This document shows, one piece after another, positions 24,373 through 36,359 of a stretch of 52,586 nt of DNA; the stretch's first letter is position 1, and every line of letters starts with the position of its first letter. Source of the DNA: Asterionella formosa (Eukaryota); assembly GCA_002256025.1 (NCBI GenBank), contig NKIB01013733.1, forward strand, positions 1-52,586, written 5' to 3'. The position numbers and the translations under genes were made by a program. The notes under the pieces were generated by a model. That model made no database searches. It saw only the letters and a program-made list of their open reading frames with translations, and was not told where the DNA came from.

Positions 24373-24529
24373 TAGAAGTCATTATCTCATACCTACCTTA
24401 CAGATACATGTAATGTTGGCTCCTATGATGGTCAAGGAATGTAGACAAGTTGACAGCTTTGGTGAAACCATCGCTATGATTAACCTTAGTCTGGTACAAA
24501 TCTATGCATTACATATATGATGAAATTTT

Positions 24530-25280
24530 AAAATTGGCAACTACATTTCAAAATAATTGGGCTTTTTCGATTTTCATTTTTGTCCATCGCCAGCAAAATG
24601 GAGATGCATGACCCCTTTTCTGCGACCAGTAACTCTTACATCCATAGGAGGAGGCATTTATCAGTATAGGAGCATCAAATGGTTCTTGATTATGGTTTGT
24701 GAAACCTCATAAGTGGACATGACGGAAGAAATGACAAATTAGATGGACAGCTTGCTCGTTTTGTTGCCTGGAATCTTTAAATTCTTGTCATGTAGGTAAG
24801 ATGTGAATGAAAGTACTGTACAATGTATATGTAATCGCAAGCTTGCCTTATTGCTTTATTGAAAGTATAGTGACAAATTTGGCGTGCTTTCCTGCAAATA
24901 CATGACTGGCTGGCTCCAAAACCATAGCCCTCCTAACAACATGATTGAGAGCCTGACTCGAATTTCTTGAAATGTACCTGGAGAGATATCCCACAACACA
25001 TGTTGTTCCCAGAGATTTTGCGCTCTCCATCTTGACTTGAATACTAGCCCGTTCTTTTTCACCAGTGATCTCATTGCCAATGTATGCTGACACAAACAGA
25101 ACCTTACTATCAACAATAACAGCACGTCCACGTGGATAGTGGAACTTGTAAGTCCTACCATTGTTACATGCTCCGAGCGCAAGAATCTCTCCATCAAGCT
25201 CCCTACCAACACCACCAAATCATTGACATCTTCAGTGTTGTTTGGTATCAGATCCTGGCTGCAAGTGATCATCATTTTTA
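24530..25280 (-). pseudogene. hAT-like transposase C-terminal remnant
   Basis: Minus-strand ASSYGCKSYWSQKRGH..WRWTKMKIEKAQLF*NVVAN resembles the hAT dimerisation motif SS..CER.WS...H..RNRL..EK.V...N. Heavily frameshifted. Confidence 0.35.
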
Positions 25281-25575
25281 TATAGTTTCAGGCGTCAGTC
25301 AACTGTCATTTTTATATGTCTGTATACTAACATAATATTGTATATAAATATAAATGATGAACAGTTTTCGAATAATTTATTTAGATGCTAATAGTTTTAT
25401 AACAGAAACAGAACTTATACCCTCGTCTATGTAACCACTGGTAAAAACGCATTTTTTAGTAAGCCTTACCTCACGTAGGATATGTTATGTTTTCTACGAA
25501 ATCTTTTCTAAGAATAAGCTGCTTGGCACTTTAGTCGCTGCAAATCGCCGTGATTGTCTTCAATCAGAGGGAGTA

Positions 25576-25602
25576 CCAGCAAGTTGCGTTCATTTTGCTG
25601 AA
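25576..25602 (+). mobile_element. Left-type TIR of the 21154 MITE family
   Basis: TA|CCAGCAAGTTGCGTTCATTTTGCTGAA. Confidence 0.75.
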
Positions 25603-27049
25603 AGTGATAATGTGACACAGGACAGTTGTTTGAATACATAGAAAAAGTCATCAATTCACTCTTGAAAATCGTCTGTGGTATGATCACCAGCACTTAGTGA
25701 AGTTAGTTGAATGCTTTTTAATCCTTCAAAACAGGGAAACGGCAAAACACAATAATGACCGGGGCAATGGAGGGGTGGCCCGATACAAAAGTAAGCAATA
25801 TTAAGCAAAAGAAAGAAGCAAGTCTTGCTTAGCCTACTTTGCTTTATTCCCTCCAAACTCAAAATCGTTCTCCTTTCTTTCCAGGCGAAGTGAGGAAAAC
25901 AGCATATCTTGATTAACGGTGTCAAAGTCGTTGGGATTGAAAATTCTTAACTGCCAGCATGATCAAACAAACGACCTGATATAACTAGCATTATAAATTA
26001 TGTATGTATAGTACATACTCATGCTTCTGGAAAAGTCAGTGTCCGTGTCATCATCATCAATAGAGGGACAAGTGTCCTTCATCATTGCGGTTTGCCACTG
26101 GAAAAATTGGTAACCGTGGTATTGTCATTCGCTCGTTGGAACCACTATCCGTTGCCTCAAACCTGATTAGCGTGTGTGTATGTGCACTGTCGACTTGTTT
26201 ACATTACAGGAGTGACTTAGCTACTAAAGTGCGTGTTATAATATCATACTCTGTAGTATGATGCAGAATACTACAGTTCCCAATCATCTCATCATGATTG
26301 ATAAGATGATAATGTGATTCACGATAGGTTTACATCGATGCATACATCACCAAAGTATGATACGTAATATTGAATAAAGTATATCACATAGCTATGATAC
26401 ATTGATCATAGAATTATGATGACTTCTTAAAATGTTTATGATATATTTTTGATCAAAATATGATCATGTTAAAATAATACAATGATAATAAAATACGATA
26501 AAATATCTACGCAAGTGTTATCGATACATCACAGAAAATAAATCAGTAAATAAATAAATATATCATAATTATGTTACTTAATATATATATTCGACTTTCA
26601 ATGTATACAGTAAAAGCCAACAGTTAATATGATAGTATTATACGGTGTATAGTATCTAAGTATATGGATGCATTGATATGTACATCACTATAATATGATT
26701 TGTGATATGGATTGATGCATATCACATACCGGTATCCTCAACAACCAGCCATCACGTTCATTGTCTCATTGTTGTGTCGTTTTTCCTTGTTATAGCTGTA
26801 TTTATGCCGGCATGTGTATTGTGTAAACACTACGCTGGCGGAACATGCATATTACACTGCTGTGCTCTGTGCAACAATTACTACACTCGGTTACCATAAC
26901 ACCAGCTGCACCTCCACAAGCGCCGCAAAAAGCTCCGCGTTTTCCTTCCACTGTTTTACATCATAGTCTTCTGGCCCTTTGACAACTTGCTTTCCAAATG
27001 GCATTTCATGGATTTCATGCAAAGGATCAGTCAAACAAGAAACGTGACT

Positions 27050-28750
27050 TACTTCCATTGTTAACACTACACGACTTTATGTTTTCGGAAAAGAAGATGA
27101 AGAAACTTATGAAATCAATCGAAGATTTCCTCCTTTGAATACAATCAAATAACAAATGATTTTGAACAGATTCATAATACTCCAGAAAAAATAATGAAGC
27201 AAGTATGCCGATACAATAGTGGCAGAGATTGAAAAGAAAGAAAGATTGCTTTCGAAGAGCAGAGGAAACCCAAACAGTTGTTCTTCGCGGATGAAGACTC
27301 TATTCCTAGAGAGTCACAGTTCCATCCAGTGTCGTATTTTGCTCCTCATTCTCCTGTAATCGCTGATAATGAAGAAGAACTCAGTGATTCTGATTCATTT
27401 GATGAACAAATTCATGCGATGAATGAAAATACCGGCGGAAATGTGGGAGACATCACTTCTGAAGTAGAAATGGTTGAAAAGTTGCAAAACCAAGAAATAT
27501 GACTCTCTATTCGTCCAGAACATCAAGATGAACATCATGAAAGCAGAGAAACTATTGCATTTTTAAAAGAACCGATATTCAAGAAAAAGTCTGAGCTAGA
27601 TCAAGACCTCGAATTCAAGAAGATCAATGCAGACAGAGATGTGATGTTGGCCGAGGCAGTTGATGCTCTGAGTCGGGAACGAAGTCAGAAACACAAAATT
27701 GAATCTTTTTCCAAATCATACATAAAAGAAAAAAAATTTCTTTGTAAAATCATCGAGAACAACCCCGAAGGCAGCTACTTTTGTGAAGATTCGGCATGCG
27801 AAGTGTGTAGAGTTATTATGCCAAAGCAAATGGCATTTTCCTTGAGTTTGCCGAAATCGCATGGTGAACTCACATACCCTACAAGATATATGCAATTACG
27901 TCTCTGTATTTTATCGAGTCAAAGATATCAAAAAATCATCTTCAGATTTTAAAGATCTTGCATATTGGGACCTTGAAACAATTACCTCTATGATCCATTA
28001 TATAATCCATGAACTTCATCCAAGTGATGTAAAGGTTTTTTTTGATCTGGATGAGAACCCATTATATATACCAAGGTGAATGTCATCCACTTCATCACGA
28101 AAGTAACTATGTGCTAATTGTGTATTGCAAAAGATCAGATAAGGAGGATAGCAATCATTTTGTGCATTATCTTTTTGATATAAATGATGGATTATGTCCA
28201 GTCCATGACCCAGGAAAAGAAGCAAGTGTGAATGAACATTATGATCAAGTATTTCACCTTACCCGTAAGTACTGCATAATCCCTGGATGCACGAAACAAT
28301 CGGAATTGTTAAGCACCGATACAGGATATGTTCCACAAGAATACCAAACACCTGAAGAAATTGGTTTATCGGAATCTTTGTATTCTGGCACCAAAGCACC
28401 AGTGCTCTCCAATTCTTTGCCTAATTCCGGTTTCACTGTGTATAGCCGAGTTAGGCAACATTGGGCAAACCAATCCTGTTTGTGATTGGAAATGCCTTTC
28501 ATACTACTTGGACCAGATAGGCAGGGCGGAATATTTGAAACTCTTTTGGGACCAGAAAAAAGCAATAAGATTGATATTCTTTTTTACAGTACCTGCAATT
28601 CGCTAACTCTAACCTCAAACTTATAGGTTCACAGCAAAAATTCTTGGTCTTGAAAGCAAATAAAACTCACAACCTTTGTTACAATTGATGGTTCAATTTT
28701 AGCTAAGCGGGAACGACTTTCTGATAAGGCTGCTGAAATTGAAGAATCTT
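27050..28750 (+). pseudogene. Fragmented long ORF with Cys cluster and a possible Ulp1/C48-like H..D motif
   Basis: Chain of same-strand fragments (27278, 27641, 27861, 28042). NHFVHYLFDINDGLCPVHDP resembles the HW.L..D....YDS protease motif, but no catalytic Cys motif is seen. Confidence 0.3.
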
Positions 28751-29446
28751 GATAACCTCATATGGACGAGTTTTGAACCGAATTACGACTTTTTTAGTGA
28801 TTGAGTTCATTGACCAATTGACAATATCCTTTGGCAAGTGCAAAATCTTTTCCCCTCAGTTTGTCATGTACTTGTTGGTCCGTGCGATTAGAAAATTTAT
28901 GATATGGTACCATGTTGTCCATCTGCATCTGCATCCGGGAGTTATTAATGGTATCATCGACAGGAGCCATTTTTCTTGTATCAACAACTGAAAAAGAAAC
29001 GTCATCATCGCTTTCAGTATCAATTACGGGATCCTGTGTACTACTAGTAGCTGATGGTGTCCCCATTGACGATGGGGTAGTACCCCCACTAACTCCCTGT
29101 CGCCGATTGGGTTCCTTTGGATAATCGCCTATTCGCTTTTTTTTGTTAACTCATTTTGGTACTTGCTTCTTTGTTCCATACCGGCAGTATTTGCCACATG
29201 TCGCTTGTTTCCATGAACCTCTTTATGGTTTTTTGAAGACATTGCTTGTACTACTAGATAACTGTTGTCGTTGTCTTACTAAAGTTCGATGATCTTAGCT
29301 AAAATCAGGTGTTGCAAGCTACAATGAAATGAATCATCAGCCACTACATATAATTATTTACGCTGTCTAGATATGATACCATAAAACCAACAGTGCTATT
29401 TACACTATCATTTACAAAAAAGAACCGAGTTTGAGTAATAGCATAT

Positions 29447-29798
29447 CTTGTTTTCAATTATACGAATATACGATCCTAAAAATATGATGATTTACTGTCC
29501 CGCTGCAGTTGCAGCAGTCATGAACATATGGTGTTCTATTGCTCGCTTACTACTCCAACTATTCTTTTTCAATTTGATGATCATATGATCCTAAAAATAT
29601 GATGATTTAATGTCCCGCTGCAGTAGCAGCAATCATAAACATATGGTGCTCTGTTGCTTGCTTAATACTCCGACTATTCTTTTTCGATTTTATGATCATA
29701 CGATCCTAAAACTATGATGATTTACTGTCCCACTGCAGTAACAACAGTAATGAACATATGTTGTTCTGTTGCTTGCTTACTACCTGGTACTCTGACTA
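29447..29798 (+). repeat. Tandem repeat, 115-bp unit x ~3
   Basis: GATCCTAAAA(A/C)TATGATGATTTA(C/A)TGTCCC.CTGCAG.. starts at 29472, 29587 and 29702. Confidence 0.95.
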
Positions 29799-31914
29799 AC
29801 TGGTACCCCCAGTATATCACTTCCTACCTGCTACTGGTACTCTGTATATATATGATAAAATGTTATTGTCGTATGATGTACCGGTACACATGAAGAACTC
29901 TCGCCCAAAAAAGGGGCTTAAACAATTTGCTACCAATATCCTCGCTTCAAAATAATGATACAAACAGGTTATGACTTAGTACACCAATTGAATGGTCTAA
30001 ATAATTAGTTCCAACGGACGTAGAAAATATTGATGCAAACAAATTTCAAAAAAACAGTACCTGTACACGAAGTCGTGGAAAACAATGGACATATAGTGCA
30101 TTGAATATTTTCGAATTATCTATATGCAAATATGATCATCTCAACAATACCAGATGTTCCATATTGAGAATGCCTTTGACTTTTATAAATGTAAGACATT
30201 TGATATATTTATATTTTTACAAATTTTATAACTATATACATGGCAAATATATTTGAAATCGTTCTGTCATGTTAACAAACAATGCCTGCTTCATGAAAAG
30301 AAATATCGGAGTGAAGCACATGACAAGAAAGGAAAGTTTACGCAATAACGAAAAACATTGTGGCTTTGACACATTGCACCTTCGAAGGATGGAGTATGTT
30401 TAAGGTAATGAAGCCATCAATGTGGTACTTGGATGAAAATCGTTGGGAGGCAGGACAACAACAAATTGTAAACTAAACGCACATTTCCTTTTTTCTCAGT
30501 TGAATCATCAGCTTGTTTCGCTTGTTGGGAAGCACCAATGTAAAAAAAAAAAATTGGTAAGTGCTCTTGTCATTGGACTTATTCACTTCTGATGGAACAC
30601 ATCTGACAGACACGCCACTTTACCTTCTCTCAAAGTTAAGCTAACGAAAATGAATCGGTAAGTTTTATTCAGCAACATTGGAAACCTGAAACTTACTTAT
30701 TCAAGAATTTACTGACAATTGACTATTACAGACTTATACATCACTTGCTTTGATTGGTGGTCAGTGAAGCAAGCAAGAGGATACGATGGAATGGCGTGAT
30801 GTTGTGTCAGTGTAAAATGTCTAGCTAACAAGTTGTTCCTTCTCATTGTTACTGTAACTGCATAGGACAATAAAACCGAACAAACGGAATAGCCGGCGAG
30901 TTCAGAATGACACTAACAGCAGGGAGAGAGACGCAACATTAGTAAGGCATTGCTTGGCACAAGATTCAGAAAAGGGCAAGACAGGAACAATATACATTGA
31001 GCCGAGTAGAGAGAGAAACGTTGGGTTGCTGGCATGCAGAATAATAGATAGCATTGCTAAATTTGATAGTTAAATTACGATCCAATTCAATCTATTTTGA
31101 ACAATGCTTGTGATTAGAATTATGATGATCTTTACGATAGATCTACGATGACACAATTTAAATGATAGCATATAGTTGAGCTGATTTTAGGATGCGTTGT
31201 AGTGATAATTTACATCGGGCAATCACGAGAATTGAAAATAATATGAGAAGGTTTATGTTGATGAGTAATGTTGTTGATCAGTTGATATACATTGTGTGAT
31301 GATATAATGTTCTTATTTTCATTATACTTCAAGCTCGGTAAAATATTAATATATCATCATAGTTATAGGATACCTTGATCATAATTTTGATCCAAAAATT
31401 ATCATATATACGAAAATCCTGTGCCACTTAGCGTACGATACCCTTGATCCTATATGCATGATACTTTTTAATTGCAGACGCGGTAAGCAGCAAAACAATT
31501 TGAAATCTCATCACCATCACGCTTCCATCATTCCCATCTCACAATGCATTCTTTTTGCGGCGTTGATACAACCAATAATCATCTCTAAGCGACATCTTTC
31601 GCTTTAAGGTTCCTGCATTTCAACCCAAAGACAAAAATTGAAATATTGCTTAGGGTTGCCGAAATTCCCTGGAACTAAGAACTTTTATGAGCTATTTTTG
31701 TATGACATGATTCCATTTGAAATATTTAAATCAGGGGAAATTTGCGCGTACATGCATAGATTCCTGTTTGAATTCGCTAAATATATAGATATAGATTGTA
31801 CATCTCAATATCTATACCGGTATACACTCTACACACCGATCGACGATAATGTGTCAAATGACCCAGCGGCTCGGCAAATATTTGAAAGTGTAATCTAGGA
31901 GTGGTACATGTATG

Positions 31915-32280
31915 TCCAATGATGACCTTTTACCGGTAAGAGTTACCCGTAGTGGATATGTTACTGGCATACCAGCGATCACCAAAGAAAATTTTACATG
32001 TGCATCCAGTGTGGTTGGTGTGGGTTTGCAAGACATCGCAAACTGGGCCAATCAAATGGAGGTAAGTAATTCGCAATAGCTAATCAGTATACAAATAATA
32101 CTGCGCGCAATTACAAATAAAAAAATTTGACAGAAAGTTTCAAGACTAAATATTGCGCGCATCACAAGACTCTGATTCTTCAGATGATGACGTTTCGGCT
32201 TTAAGTGGTTCTGATTCCGATATTTTGGAGACGGTTAAAAAGGCCGATTTTGTTGATTTTTTGGACGAGGATTGCACAAT
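31915..32280 (+). pseudogene. Degenerate ORF of unknown family, paralogous to 14380-14930
   Basis: NDDLLPVRVTRSG..CASSVVGVGLQD..DSDILETVKKADFVDF; stops and frameshifts present. Confidence 0.55.
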
Positions 32281-33133
32281 GTTGGCTGGGTCTGAAGGCG
32301 ATTTAGATAGACAGGAAACCTGAAAATAGCACCAGTTTATAAAATCTAGAGACGAGAAACTACAGAAAGGAACTTAGGTTCTTTTACTATGCCAAATAAA
32401 CTGATTTGCCCCAAAATTTCTAGTCTTTATAGCATAGACTTAAAGCCGAAGTTCCATTCTTCATTTTCTCGGCAGATCCAATATACTGACGTTACATAGA
32501 GTTGACCTATACCTCTCCTTTGATCAATGACTGTATCTAAGCATATGGGAAGGGTGTGAATTGGTGAAAAATCCGTTTAGTGATATACATTTACATTTTA
32601 CTCGTGAGAAGTGTGTGTTTGACTACTCTGACTCAACATTATTTTTTAACCCTACCTCTAATCTAGGGTTGAAATGCAGGAACATTAATTAATCATTTTA
32701 TTGTTTTAGTCGTCTTTGTAGTCATTTTGCAGCTACTCCTGTGAAAGTGTCAAATCTGCTGATAACATCGTCGCTTTGAATTGTGAATCTATAAATTTCA
32801 TTAAAAAATGCGCCGTTGGCTATTTCAATTTTCGTTGTCAATATTAGTGTCGTTCAAAATACTCTTTTACGATTGCAATTTCTATATCGTTCTTAACATA
32901 TGTATCTAATAGCAAAGCGTCATTCTCATTTTTCATTGAGATATTCGTTATTTTCGTCATCATGGTCAAGGCTGAGATGACATGATGCACCATGCATTCT
33001 TCAGCTGCTCATGACGACTACATGCACAGTACTCCGTAGTGCCACAACCGGTATGCCTGTATATATATGTACAAAAGAATCAAATAATCTAAGCAAAGTG
33101 CATAATTATATTCAAGCGCACGAGTGCTACTTC

Positions 33134-33155
33134 GGGTACCTGGTACCAGGTACCC
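33134..33155. repeat. Perfect 22-bp palindrome GGGTACCTGGTACCAGGTACCC
   Basis: Self-complementary; consists of two stacked TA-CCWGG-TA units. Confidence 0.95.
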
Positions 33156-34416
33156 TGAGCAGCATGAGTCCAGCCAACATGCATCTGATGGTATGGTATG
33201 ATAATAGTTATTGGTTACTCCCTTGTTTGTCCATCAATAATTGCATCGGTTCACCGGCACCACTACCAGGTAGTGTCTTAACCTTTTGGCATATGAAGGA
33301 TTACGTTGCCAACATACTAGCTTTCTACGTGAGGGTCGGCTTACTCGAAAAAATGCGGTTTTTATGATTTACATAACATATACTCGTCTGTTTCTTTAAT
33401 TAAATAATTAGCATCTAAATTAAGTATTATAAACCAATTTAAAATACTATGTATATTCATTGCCTACATGTACATATCGCCAAATGCCGTTTTACATCGA
33501 GTGGCTCCTCAAATATTTGCGGGAAACCGAATACAACCAAGTCACCATAAAAATTATAGAATGAATGGAATAATTGTCGTTTGGTATACTTTCTAAGGTT
33601 GTTGCACCTACATGGACCATAGCACCGGATATGTAACGGTTACAATCCTCAAAACGAGCACATCCTCGTTTTCTTCCTTCCCATCATCGCCACTTTCGGG
33701 GTTGCGCATTCCATATTTGAACGCAAGTTGCCGTTGTTTTACTCTTAAATCGTACTTTGTACGTCTTTTGAGAATCATAGATGATGAGGATTCGAAGAAA
33801 AATGCCCCTCATGCATCTGCATTTTGCTCGAGATAGCCGTAAGTCAAAATCGTAAAAGCCCAAAAACCTTTTTTGATACGTAGTAGTTGGCAATTTTAAT
33901 TTTACTATAGATAATTTAAACATGGATCTGTAGCTTAGAGCAAGCCGCATAATATGGCAATTGAGCCTGAGAGAATCGAAAGAGCAAAAATGGTCCAGGA
34001 TAAATTTGAAAAATCGATGCAACTATTTTTGAACAGCGAGTACCTTGTACCAGTACCACTAGCTGTTATGTATGATGACGCTAGAATTTATATATTCCAA
34101 TCCTAAAAATATTAGAACCGTTCATTATTGTTGGTTGTATTCATCTCACTTCGGCCGGAAAAAGAGAACGATTTTGAGTTTGGAGAGCATAAAGCAAAGC
34201 TAGCAAGACTTATTTATTTTTGCTTATTTCTGATTCAGGTCTCCCCTCTATTGGCCCGGTCATTGTCGTTTTCTTTTGTCGGCCATTTGCCTCGTTTTGA
34301 CGTTTCCGCGTTTAGACGAAATAATTATTTACGTCACTACTCACAAGTCGTGATACTGTCGATTTAAAGAGAGAGTTGATGATGTTCTCTGCGCTGTCCT
34401 GCATCACGTTGTCCAC

Positions 34417-34443
34417 TTCAGCAAAATTACCGCAACTTGCAGG
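34417..34443 (-). mobile_element. Right-type TIR of the 21154 MITE family
   Basis: TTCAGCAAAATTACCGCAACTTGCAGG|TA, followed directly by CCTGG TA. Confidence 0.8.
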
Positions 34444-34825
34444 TACCTGGTACAGCTTGGTACTCCAGCAGGGTTCTAATTAATTGAAGAATATCAGTTG
34501 TGATGTGAATACTCAGGAATAACTTGAAGGTTTTCCTGTAGTCTATGAAAAAATTGGTTATTACTGCAGTATACGTTTCTTGTTAAAACAGCAAAATAAA
34601 ATTGAACATTTGTAAAAGCATATAGTATAACAGATATTGTAGTTCACAATAAACCTTAAAAGGATCAACCTTATGTTGTAATGGGATTCACACATGAATT
34701 AGTGGGTCCAATTCAAGGGATAGATTGTATGGGTCCAAATCAAGGTACACCCTGTATGGGCATGTCCAAAGTTATAATTGGAACTGATGATCTGATTAGT
34801 TTACCAATACAAGATGGATGCTAAA

Positions 34826-35221
34826 ATAGTAAAAACCAATAACACAAGGTACACCTTGTATAGGACTAAACCCTATTTCGGAGAAACTATCAATACCTTG
34901 TATTGGAAGGTCATTTTGAAAATTGCCTTGTATTGGAAAAACGAGCACGGATGTGCAACCCTAACCACAAAGCTAGCCAATAGAAGGTCAACCTCATATT
35001 GTTAAATTGCTTTTCCACCTTGTATAGTAAAAACCAATAACACAAGGTACACCTTGTATAGGACTAAACCCTATTTCGGAGAAACTATCAATACCTTGTA
35101 TTGGAAGGTCATTTTGAACATTGCCTTGTATTGGAAAAAAGAGCATGGATGTGCAACCCTAACCACAAAGCTAGCCAATAGAAGGTCAACCTCATTTTGT
35201 TAAATTGCTTTTCCACCTTGC
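34826..35221 (+). repeat. Near-perfect tandem duplication, 198 bp x2, rich in CCTTGTAT motifs
   Basis: ATAGTAAAAACCAATAACACAAGG.. starts at 34826 and 35024; only a few substitutions between copies. Confidence 0.95.
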
Positions 35222-35506
35222 ATAGAATTACAATACAAGGTATTTTTTCCTGTGTATTTATACTGATTATGTTTGGAATCATTAACATTCTACATACGAA
35301 GAAAAATAAATGTCTATTGGAGAGCATTTCAATTTACTCAGTTTTATATTATAATTTTGTTACATTTTATTTATTTTTCAACTTTACCCGGTCTCTCAAG
35401 GACATTATTTTAACAGTTTTAGACATTCTCTTAATAGCCATTTAATTCAGATATTTTTCTGTTTGCTACTTCTAACATGAGTGAGATGTTCGCTCATCTT
35501 CATATA

Positions 35507-36210
35507 CCAGCAAGTTGCGGTAATTCTGCATCTTCGTTGTGTTATCCATTCCCAGAACCGAAAGATATTTCTCGATTTGGCAGCCATTAAGAAATCGAAG
35601 TTTAAAGCTTCTAAAGGTTCACACCCGCCAGCAGTACTAAACACAACTGGAAAAATTTAATATACATTCAGATAATTCTTGATTGTTGTCTAATAACTAA
35701 TTGCCCGGAAAAGCTTCCATCCCGTGTTCCTGTAAATATAATGTATGGTGACAACTTCTCAACACTCATGGGTAGGCCTAACAACATGGTGCAATGATTT
35801 GAATTTCCTGTTGTTTGAAGCCCAATGGTGCTTTTGCTGCAGTTAACCAAAGCCCTTGATCTAGGTACATTAAAACTGATGTTTTCTCGTCAATATTGAC
35901 AATGTTGCCAGCAGGAATTACGAATGCAGCGATTTGATTGTTGATGTAAGCTAGAAAATCTCGAATCTTCTCATCATGCAGCCTTGTGCATGTTTTGGGC
36001 AACAATAGTGACAAGTTGGATGAAAATGCCCTCATGGGCAAGCCAGCGCTTCTAGTGGTACATGATGCCCTATCTTGAAGTCAAAGCTGGTTGAATAGCT
36101 AAGACCTTCAATCCTTCAAATTCAGCAGAAAGTTTGGAGAGCAGCCTGGGAGAGAACTTTTTCACCAACACCTGCCTCTGAATCAAAAAATTCTTCCTGC
36201 TGGGGACAAT
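35507..36210 (-). mobile_element. pogo/Tigger-like (DDE_1) transposase remnant next to a family TIR
   Basis: IPAGNIVNIDEK (cf. IxNxDET) and TTGNSNHCTMLLG..EKLSPYIIFTG are typical pogo motifs; frameshifted and C-terminally truncated. TIR TA|CCAGCAAGTTGCGGTAATTCTGC at 35507. Confidence 0.7.
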
Positions 36211-36359
36211 CATGGCTACAACAGGTTTTATGGTAGCGGATACCCAAAACTTGAAGTGTGTAGACTATGTGAATACAAATATAAGAATATAAAAAAGGCT
36301 GAAGCTGTAGTTGTTGCATCAACGCAGGGAAAATCTACCAAGCATAATAAAAACGATTG

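Noticed and set aside
29447..29798. CRISPR-like array (also considered for 1590-2315)
   Set aside because: Whole units are homologous with no unique spacers, there are no cas genes, and the context is eukaryotic.
31651..32654. hAT element bounded by TAGGGTT...AACCCTA
   Set aside because: The match is only 7 bp and there is no 8-bp TSD.
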